DNA of 64,000 nucleotides from Escherichia coli (GTDB lineage Bacteria; Pseudomonadota; Gammaproteobacteria; Enterobacterales; Enterobacteriaceae): NCBI RefSeq assembly GCF_003790525.1, contig NZ_CP033633.1; one strand, 5' to 3'. Shown piece by piece: positions 56,790 to 64,000 of this stretch (position 1 is its first letter; each line of letters starts with the position of its first letter). The notes under the pieces were generated by a model. It saw only the letters and a program-made list of their open reading frames with translations, ran no database searches and was not told where the DNA came from. The position numbers and the translations under genes were made by a program.

Positions 56790-58361
56790 TTACTGAGAGC
56801 TCAGATCAACTTTCCAGGGCAACAGATCGCGTACCCGGTTTGCCGGCCAGTCCTGGATATGTTCAATGACGTAACGCAGCCACTTTTCTGGCTCCACATT
56901 GTTCAGACGGCATGTGCCGATCAGCGAGTACAACACCGCCGCATGTTCACCACCGCTGTCGGAACCCGCGAACATCCAGTTTTTCCGGCCTACGGCCACT
57001 CCCCGTAAGGCGTTCTCTGCGATGTTGTTGTCGATTTCCACCCAGCCATTACTGCAGTACACGTTCAGTGCATCCCACTGTTTCAGCAGGTATGCGAACG
57101 CTTTTGCCGTATCTGAGTGACGCGACAGTGTTTTCATCTGTTGCTGTATCCAGTCATACAGTGACTGCATCAGTGGCGCGGCTCTGGCTTTTCTTGCCGC
57201 CAGACGCTGTTCTGCTGAACAGCCCCGGACCTCTGCCTCGATGGCATACAGTTCACCGATACGCTGCAGGGCTTCCGTGGTGATGTCGGTGGGCGCTCTT
57301 GCATGCACATCGTGGATTTTTCTCCGGGCATGAGCCATACACGCGGCTTCCGTTATTCTGTCGGATTCGTATAACACCCGGTAACCACCGTAAGCATCGG
57401 CCTGAAGCACACCGCTGTAACCGGCCAGGTGATTTTGTGGATGGATACCTTTCCGGTCCGGACTGTACGCGAACCAGACCGCCGGGGGCATCTGTGAACC
57501 GGCGTTGCGATCATCACGGACGTAGACCCACAGCCGGGCTGTCCGGGTTTTACCGCTGCCCGGCTCCTGGACCGGGACGGGGATATCATCGGCATGGACT
57601 TTACCGGGCATCAGCACATACTGGCGCAGGACGTCATACAGCGGCTCCAGCAGTTCAGCAACAGCACCTGTCCAGCGCCCCAGTGTGGCACGGCTCAGCT
57701 CCACGCCCTGGCGACGGTATATTTCTGACTGGCGGTATAACGGCAGATGGTCTGCATATTTCCCGGTGACAACATGGGCCAGAAGCCCCGCTCCGGCATA
57801 ACTGCGTGCAATGGGTTTTGAAGGCACCGGTGCCTGCACGATATGGTCGCACCGGCAACAGGCCTGTTTCGGACGTTGTGTTTCGATAACCTTAAAGGCA
57901 CTGCTGATAAGCTCCAGTTGCTCTGACACATCACATCCCAGTGGACTGAGTTCACCACCACAGGCCGGACAGCATTCCTCTTCCGGCCGGATGACCCGGG
58001 GTTCACGGGGAAGTGAAGCCGGTAACGGTTTACGGGCTGAAGACTGGCGCAGGGGGGATGGCAGTACCGGGTCATATTGCTCACCCAGCGTTTCTGCCAT
58101 TTCTTCCTGAAGTGCGCTGATTCGCTCCTGTGCTTCCTGTATCTGCCGTTCGGTTTTTGCGCGAAGTTTTTCTGAGCTTTTACCGAACTGCATACGCTGC
58201 AGTTTCGCAACCAGCGCCTTCAGCCGGTTGATTTCGGAAGCATAAGCCGCCACCCGCTGTGAGAGCAGGCGGTTGTATTCGGCCATCTGGCGGATGGTGT
58301 CCTGTTGCGTCTGCAACAGTGCCTGCAGGCGGGCATTCTCATGAGCAAGTGAGGTGTCCAT
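56790..58361 (-). CDS. tnpC: IS66-family transposase TnpC
   Basis: 523 aa intact; zinc-finger-like CxxC pairs and DDE core. Confidence 0.9.
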   Translation of the reverse strand: MDTSLAHENARLQALLQTQQDTIRQMAEYNRLLSQRVAAYASEINRLKALVAKLQRMQFGKSSEKLRAKTERQIQEAQERISALQEEMAETLGEQYDPVLPSPLRQSSARKPLPASLPREPRVIRPEEECCPACGGELSPLGCDVSEQLELISSAFKVIETQRPKQACCRCDHIVQAPVPSKPIARSYAGAGLLAHVVTGKYADHLPLYRQSEIYRRQGVELSRATLGRWTGAVAELLEPLYDVLRQYVLMPGKVHADDIPVPVQEPGSGKTRTARLWVYVRDDRNAGSQMPPAVWFAYSPDRKGIHPQNHLAGYSGVLQADAYGGYRVLYESDRITEAACMAHARRKIHDVHARAPTDITTEALQRIGELYAIEAEVRGCSAEQRLAARKARAAPLMQSLYDWIQQQMKTLSRHSDTAKAFAYLLKQWDALNVYCSNGWVEIDNNIAENALRGVAVGRKNWMFAGSDSGGEHAAVLYSLIGTCRLNNVEPEKWLRYVIEHIQDWPANRVRDLLPWKVDLSSQ

Positions 58362-58380
58362 ATCCTCACTTTACAACGGG

Positions 58381-58728
58381 TTATATACGGATTCCAGCGC
58401 GTTCCGTTCGTTTCGGGTGCTTCCAGTCGATGCCCTCGAGAAGCATGGATAACTGAGCCGGAGTAAGGTGCACCTTGCCGTCACGGGTGACTGGCCAGAC
58501 GAAGCGGCCCCGCTCTAGGCGTTTGGTGAAGAGGCACAGTCCGTCACTGTCAGCCCACAACACTTTTATCTGGTCACCCCGGCGTCCGCGGAAGATGAAC
58601 AGGTGTCCGGAGAACGGGTCATCCTTCAGGACGTTCTGAACTTTTGAGGCCAGGCCGTTAAAGCCATTTCGCATATCGGTGATACCTGCAACCAGCCAGA
58701 TACGCGAACCTGCAGGGAGAGATATCAT
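58381..58728 (-). CDS. tnpB: IS66-family TnpB
   Basis: 115 aa. Confidence 0.9.
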   Translation of the reverse strand: MISLPAGSRIWLVAGITDMRNGFNGLASKVQNVLKDDPFSGHLFIFRGRRGDQIKVLWADSDGLCLFTKRLERGRFVWPVTRDGKVHLTPAQLSMLLEGIDWKHPKRTERAGIRI

Positions 58729-59405
58729 CAGTGGCTGCTCCCTTTTATTTCGCGGATAAGTGTCTGTAATAACGCCGGCGTCAGTTTACCTTTAAGCCTG
58801 AGAGTTCCGGCCGGCAGAACCAGCTCACAACACAGACTGTCGGACGGTGTATTTATCTGCTCTGGTTCCTGTGCGGGGGCCGGGATTTTATTATCCGGCT
58901 CCGGCGTTAACGTCACGGGAAGCAGTGCCGGCATATTTTTTCCGGAAGGCAGCAGGCCACCTTTCCGGTATTGATGGCGCCAGTTGAAGAGCAGGTTATC
59001 GTTGATTCCGTTTTCCCGGGCGATCTGCGCCACACAGGCTCCGGGCTGCAGTGACTGCTCCACTAAGGCGATTTTAAACTCATAAGGGAAGTTGGGCCGC
59101 CGGGGACGTTTTTTTACCACGGGGGCTTCGGATATAACGGTGCTTTCAGGACGTACGACTGGTACCGTGGAAAATTGTCCGTAAAGGCAGGCATCAAGTT
59201 CCTGCTCCGACATGCCTGCGGGCAAAGGCCACGAAAGGCCAGCTCTCCGAAAGCGCACGAACATACTACAAACTGTTGATTTTGATACACCCAGGCGACG
59301 CCCGGCCACAACCCGGGGTAAATGTTCTTCAAAGTGAAGACGTAAAGCTTCAGTGATCCAGGTCCGGTGTTTCATACGATAGTGTCCATTAAAAATGATG
59401 GACAT
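58728..59405 (-). CDS. tnpA: IS66-family TnpA (orfA)
   Basis: 225 aa with HTH; stop overlaps the tnpB start. Confidence 0.8.
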   Translation of the reverse strand: MSIIFNGHYRMKHRTWITEALRLHFEEHLPRVVAGRRLGVSKSTVCSMFVRFRRAGLSWPLPAGMSEQELDACLYGQFSTVPVVRPESTVISEAPVVKKRPRRPNFPYEFKIALVEQSLQPGACVAQIARENGINDNLLFNWRHQYRKGGLLPSGKNMPALLPVTLTPEPDNKIPAPAQEPEQINTPSDSLCCELVLPAGTLRLKGKLTPALLQTLIREIKGSSH

Positions 59406-59593
59406 TATTTTTGTAGAGCCGGAGGAAACAGACCAGACGGTTTAAATGAGCCGGTTACATAAGAACCCTCTGTTATCCTGAAACTCTTATATTTATATAA
59501 CTTGTGAAGGCGTTATGCACACAACCAATCTTCGCAAAGTCGGCGTCTCGTTGACATCCTCCACGCCCTGACGAATGTGGAGGAATGTCAATA

Positions 59594-61867
59594 TTAATGT
59601 CCGGGCCACTCCTGTTGTTCAGTGACGTGATGTGATATTTCTTCTTTAGCTGTAGCCTCATTCTGGAGGTTTGAAGTAAATATACGCTCCATTGTTTGTG
59701 CAACCGATGGTGGCATTTTTTCTTCCACACGTTCCTCTTCCGGACAACTCTGTGTGATATAGCATACGTGCCGTTCTTCCCGGGATGTGGTATTGATGAT
59801 GTGAACTGCCTTGTTCCACAGGCTGTTTCCCCGGGCAGAGATATCTGTATCATATTGCGGAAGCAGATCCAGCGATGTTTGTGTTTCGTTAAGCTGCTTC
59901 TGGAAGGTATCGATGATACGGTAAGGCTCTGTACGGTTTTTACGACGTTTACGGGATGGTTTTGCTGTCAGTACACCAATAATGCTGCTGACATGCTCCG
60001 GTGTGGGAAAACGGCGCTGCACTGTCCTGGGGACGAGACGGCGGAGACGCTCCAGGCGGGGGGCTTCAACGGAAATATAGCGGTTGATGACCACCGGATC
60101 ACTGTCGCAACTTTTCTCGCTGTCCGGAATATACACAGAGGCTGACGGCACCACATCCCCCTGGAAAACGGTAAAGAACTCACCGGCATTCAGTCTGATC
60201 AAATCCTGCACGTCGATTTTGCTTTCCATCTGGATGGTGATCTGGTTACCGTCCACCCAGGACTCACCCATCACACCATCGTGGCGCTGCAGGCTGCCCA
60301 TTCTGGCCCTAGCCTCTTCACCGGCGGCATTTTTCACCGTTCTTGCCGTTTTGTCGTCACTGACAATGCGTCCGGCGAATTTGGTGCCGGCGTTCTGCAT
60401 CAGTGTGGCGGTGTTGGTGGCGGAGGTCTGCCCTTCAATTCGCTCCTGATCCTGCGCCATCATTATCAGGGAAAACTCCAGTGAACGTACCTGGGTGGCC
60501 TCCACAGCAATGCGGTCTGTGTAGTAGGCACCGACTTCGTCAAGGATACAGATATAGGGGAAGCGGCCTTTGTATTTTTTGACTTCCAGGGTCTGTGCAT
60601 CTGTGCCTTCCAGGCGGTAGCCCAGGTCACGGGCGAGGATCATGCTCTGCTGGGTGACGAACATACGACCGAGTGCCGACGTGGTATGGGCCGATGTGTC
60701 CAGTGCAGGGATCATCACAATCAGAATGCGGTCGCTGTGAATACTGTCGCGAATATCGATGTCGCCGGCATCTGCCGCAAAGACGTCCCCGAAGGTTTCG
60801 GCAAAGGTTGTGAACGTTTCCGAGAACTGACCGGAGAGATAAGCATGCTGTTTACGGGGCTCCTCAGTCCAGGCTGACGGCGTTCTCACCAGTGACATAT
60901 CGAATCCCGGGACATCCTGCAGGTAGTTTCGCAGTGGTGCGATAGCTTCTTCCGGCCACTGGTCATCAAGGCCACGGCAATAGAGTTTTGCCATCCCTTC
61001 CAGCGTCATATGTTCCCGTAACATCTGCAGGGACATGGTTTTACCTTCCCGGACGCACCAGAATTTTGTGCCAAAGACCAGGGCCTTGTTCATGGCTATC
61101 GCCCGTGACTGCCATTCACCGCCCTGAACGTTCTGGGGCAGCATGGACTGCATGGTTTCGGCGGTGAAGGCTTCGGTGCTGAATGCGAACGGGTTCCAGG
61201 TGTTTGACTGTGGGCGGGATTTATCGCCACTCTGAATGACTTCACTGCGGGATTTTCCGCCGTTCATGAAGTTGATGACCTCGATATCATCCTCCCGGCC
61301 AAAACGTCGGGAGAGATACCAGATTGTCCTCGTGGTATCGTTCTGTGCCTTTCCGTCAACAAAGGTAAAGCCTCTTCCCCAGCAGAGAGGGTTGAGCAGC
61401 CAGGCAAAGGTGGTTTCTGTTTTACCGCCACCGGTGGTGGAAAAAAATATGATATGCCGGGTGAGGTCATCCATGCTCAGCCAGAGCTCACGACCGATAT
61501 CGTTGATACGGCGGTAACCGACATAAAAAATCCCCCGTGCGGGGGATGTTTCATCTGCTTCATACTGAAACAGGGTGGGCCAGAAGCTGAAGAGGCTTCG
61601 CCTGACCTTTCTGTCCTGGGAGGGGTCATCAAGGCTGAGCGTCATGGGCATACGCAGGGGGCATCGCCAGCGTTGCAGCGTGAATATCACGGAGGTGACC
61701 AGGGTGAACAGCAGACAGACAGGAAGGGCCAGTGGCCATATCAGGGCCGTAATGATACTGCCGGCCAGACACAGACCAATGATGTTCAGGTTGTGCAGTG
61801 CATTCCACAGCGGGTTTCCCCAGGCCGTGCGGTGTATGAGGTCAGGATTAACGTGATGCTGGCTCAT
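59594..61867 (-). CDS. trbC: TrbC-like conjugal transfer ATPase (putative type IV coupling protein)
   Basis: 757 aa; N-terminal transmembrane segments; Walker A FFSTTGGGKTETT. Confidence 0.7.
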   Translation of the reverse strand: MSQHHVNPDLIHRTAWGNPLWNALHNLNIIGLCLAGSIITALIWPLALPVCLLFTLVTSVIFTLQRWRCPLRMPMTLSLDDPSQDRKVRRSLFSFWPTLFQYEADETSPARGIFYVGYRRINDIGRELWLSMDDLTRHIIFFSTTGGGKTETTFAWLLNPLCWGRGFTFVDGKAQNDTTRTIWYLSRRFGREDDIEVINFMNGGKSRSEVIQSGDKSRPQSNTWNPFAFSTEAFTAETMQSMLPQNVQGGEWQSRAIAMNKALVFGTKFWCVREGKTMSLQMLREHMTLEGMAKLYCRGLDDQWPEEAIAPLRNYLQDVPGFDMSLVRTPSAWTEEPRKQHAYLSGQFSETFTTFAETFGDVFAADAGDIDIRDSIHSDRILIVMIPALDTSAHTTSALGRMFVTQQSMILARDLGYRLEGTDAQTLEVKKYKGRFPYICILDEVGAYYTDRIAVEATQVRSLEFSLIMMAQDQERIEGQTSATNTATLMQNAGTKFAGRIVSDDKTARTVKNAAGEEARARMGSLQRHDGVMGESWVDGNQITIQMESKIDVQDLIRLNAGEFFTVFQGDVVPSASVYIPDSEKSCDSDPVVINRYISVEAPRLERLRRLVPRTVQRRFPTPEHVSSIIGVLTAKPSRKRRKNRTEPYRIIDTFQKQLNETQTSLDLLPQYDTDISARGNSLWNKAVHIINTTSREERHVCYITQSCPEEERVEEKMPPSVAQTMERIFTSNLQNEATAKEEISHHVTEQQEWPGH

Positions 61868-62972
61868 TGTGATTATCCTCGGTATCTGTGGCTTTCAGGA
61901 ACAGGCTGACGGTAGTGGCGTCTTTCAGGATGCCGGACGGCAGGTGCCAGCCGGTATCGGATAACACCCATGGGGTACCGCCAAAACCGAACTGGCGGAA
62001 AGCCTGGTTATTGACATCGATGGCAGCACGAGCAGCGGTCAGACACTTTTCATCCGGTGCAGCCGGTGCATCGCCGGTGGGTGCCATACCACCGTCTGCG
62101 GAATACAGCTGATGCCATCCGGTCGCCCGTTTTTGTGAGTCCGGTTCACACAGCAGTGGCGCAGTCCGGTTTGTGCTGGCCTCTCCGCCGATTACGGAGA
62201 CCGGATAAATCAGCACGCTGAATTCCCGGGCCAGTTGCTTAAGCGCGGGCTCCAGAAGACGGCAGTTGATGCATGCGGGGTCAAGGAAGGCGTAGAGTGT
62301 GCGTTCATGACCAGTGGAGAGATTAATGGTGAACATACCCCGGTCCGCGTTGCGTTTAAGTACTGTGGCCAGATTACGGCGGGCCTCAGCGGCCTGAACG
62401 TGTTGTTCTTCCGTCACTGCCGTCGGGGCGGGGGCAGAAGAAGGTTCCTGCTGTGTGGGAGCCGGGCGGGCCGGGATGCTGTTAACATGATGTTCCGTAT
62501 GTGGGCGTGGTGTCTCTGTGTCGGTTACTGGTTCAGCTCTCCATTCCTGAGATGTAGGGTAAGCCAGCGTGGAAGGGGGCTCTGCCTTCATCCAGTGGTA
62601 ACCTGCAACTGTCGCCGGCAGAGCAATTCCGGCGATAAAGCCACACATCAGTGTCCGCCAGAAGCCATATTTCCGGGAGGGATGTTTTCCTTTTCCGGCA
62701 TATTCGGCATCCAGGCAGGCATCAATCGCTGAGAGCATTCTGCCGATGTGATGTCCGGGACGTTCTGCATCAACGGTATCAACAAGCACCGTTTCGGTTA
62801 TTTCGCGAAAAGGGGAACTGAAGGACAGGTGCATCAGCCTGTTATTACGGTTAATCAGTGCGCCCAGTTCTGTTACCGGCAGGATGGCAATCACCTCCCG
62901 ATTACCGTCAGGGTACAGGGCGGTCAGGGACAGGTGTTTATTATTCAGGGTTGCAGTGTAGCGGATGGTCAT
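61848..62972 (-). CDS. trbB: TrbB-like periplasmic thiol:disulfide interchange protein (DsbC-like)
   Basis: 374 aa; thioredoxin-type CxxC motif (DPACINCR). Confidence 0.65.
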   Translation of the reverse strand: MTIRYTATLNNKHLSLTALYPDGNREVIAILPVTELGALINRNNRLMHLSFSSPFREITETVLVDTVDAERPGHHIGRMLSAIDACLDAEYAGKGKHPSRKYGFWRTLMCGFIAGIALPATVAGYHWMKAEPPSTLAYPTSQEWRAEPVTDTETPRPHTEHHVNSIPARPAPTQQEPSSAPAPTAVTEEQHVQAAEARRNLATVLKRNADRGMFTINLSTGHERTLYAFLDPACINCRLLEPALKQLAREFSVLIYPVSVIGGEASTNRTAPLLCEPDSQKRATGWHQLYSADGGMAPTGDAPAAPDEKCLTAARAAIDVNNQAFRQFGFGGTPWVLSDTGWHLPSGILKDATTVSLFLKATDTEDNHNEPASR

Positions 62973-64000
62973 TGTGCTTTTTCCTTGTCTGCGGGATGCC
63001 GGGTTTCGGTGGTTTCACCAGTGTCAGTGTCTTCGTCGTTATCATGGCGGCGGGGTATCACGTCATCCGTGAGTGACCAGCGGGTCCTGATCTGACGTTT
63101 ACGATCGCGATCTGGCTGAGGTTCGTCCCATATCAGGCCCAGCCCCAGCATGTCCCGTCGAAGCCCTTCAATGGCCTCTTCCACACAGGGTTCCGGGCAG
63201 GGCAGGCCGAGACGACACGCTTCATTTTCTGCCCGGGCAACGGCCACCACGCCGGCCCCTTCGATGAAGCCTTTTGTGGTGTTTGCCCGGTGAAGGGCAT
63301 AGAAGAGCGTCCGGTCAACGCCCTTGAGCCACAGCCAGTTCGGAGGCGTCAGGCGCAAATCATGTGCGTAAAGCCAGACCAGACCGCTGCGAACGTAACG
63401 GTGCTGCCTGAGCCACTTTTGTGCGCCTTCTGTTTTGATGACCCGGATAAAGGCGTTTCTGGCCAGTGAATACACCGGCGTGCTGAAACGCCCCTGGTCC
63501 CGTTTACTTTTGAGCCTGCAGGAGAGATTGAGGTTGTTCATCAGGGCTACCGCTGCTTTCCGGTCACCGAGGAAGAACTGCAGGCCAAAGATGGCAAAGA
63601 GCGCTTTTTCATGTGGGGCCATGTCTTTCCAGCTGGTCAGTGGTTGCCCCAGTTGCGCCATGAAGCACTGGCGTGTGGACGCAACATCGAGCTGCATGTT
63701 GCGGATAAGGTTGTTCTGCTCCACAAAGGCTTCGGGGGTTAGTGCGACACGGCGCTCGGGACGTTTTTGTCCGTGGAAGAGTCTGTTGTTGTCTCCGTCA
63801 GCCAGAACGGGGGCGATCGCCGGTGACAGAGCTGAAAAAATATGGGGCAGTGTGTGGATATTCAGTGGCCTGCGGGTAAAACGGGGCTGGGCCGGATGGT
63901 GAAACCACATCCACAGAAAGCCGAATGTCATGGGAAGCAGAATCAGCCAGAGGATCCCCACTGTCCGGGACATAACATCCAGCCACTGGCTGAAAGTGAT
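62969..64000 (-). CDS. trbA: TrbA-like conjugal transfer protein, possibly 5'-incomplete at window edge
   Basis: At least 334 aa; frame remains open upstream of the listed ATG to the window end. Confidence 0.55.
   Translation of the reverse strand: MTFSQWLDVMSRTVGILWLILLPMTFGFLWMWFHHPAQPRFTRRPLNIHTLPHIFSALSPAIAPVLADGDNNRLFHGQKRPERRVALTPEAFVEQNNLIRNMQLDVASTRQCFMAQLGQPLTSWKDMAPHEKALFAIFGLQFFLGDRKAAVALMNNLNLSCRLKSKRDQGRFSTPVYSLARNAFIRVIKTEGAQKWLRQHRYVRSGLVWLYAHDLRLTPPNWLWLKGVDRTLFYALHRANTTKGFIEGAGVVAVARAENEACRLGLPCPEPCVEEAIEGLRRDMLGLGLIWDEPQPDRDRKRQIRTRWSLTDDVIPRRHDNDEDTDTGETTETRHPADKEKAQ

Larger units (their letters stand above)
56760..59458 (-). mobile_element. IS66-family element, copy B (2699 bp), flanked by an 8-bp direct repeat ATAAGAAC
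   Basis: Ends GTAAGCGGCTC / GAGCCGGTTAC; tnpA-tnpB-tnpC intact; ATAAGAAC at 56752-56759 and 59459-59466. Confidence 0.85.

Noticed and set aside
56633-59593. Hok/Pnd-type toxin expected downstream of trbC
   Set aside because: Translating both strands of the reconstructed pre-insertion region gave no roughly 50-aa hydrophobic peptide with the conserved DSLC-type motif; only an 18-codon ORF was found.

Overview
This window reads as a highly mosaic, IS-saturated segment of a large conjugative plasmid from Enterobacteriaceae. All calls rest on reading the supplied ORF translations and the raw sequence; no database search was run, so family names are recollection-based. The backbone looks I-complex-like: an oriT-nikA-nikB relaxase module (41.4-44.7 kb), a leading region transcribed toward oriT (27-41 kb: klcA, ssb, ParB-like gene, psiB-psiA, ardA plus unknown ORFs), impCAB with a LexA box, and trbA-trbB-trbC at the 3' edge in inverted orientation. 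An F-like ccdA-ccdB-resD module, a type Ib ParA/ParG-like and a type II ParM/ParR partition system, and four type II toxin-antitoxin pairs (relE/parE-like, vagCD, ccdAB, pemIK-like) are present. Mobile DNA dominates: three IS1 copies, two IS629-like copies (one split by a group II intron), two IS66-family elements, IS2 plus an IS2-like remnant, an IS100-like IS21 element, an IS256-family element plus an inverted fragment, and an internally deleted IS3 remnant. Accessory cargo includes a GC-rich ABC-transporter/MFS island, a secreted EEP-family hydrolase between inverted IS1 copies, a cytochrome b562-like gene, an IS1-truncated colicin B gene with its SOS boxes, and a colicin immunity fragment. 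The most interesting candidate system is an Rpn (YhgA-like) nuclease followed by two stand-alone Rpn C-terminal-domain genes with distinct in-frame peptide repeats, embedded in the leading region among five copies of structured repeats upstream of early genes. No rRNA, tRNA, CRISPR array or replication initiator gene was recognised.
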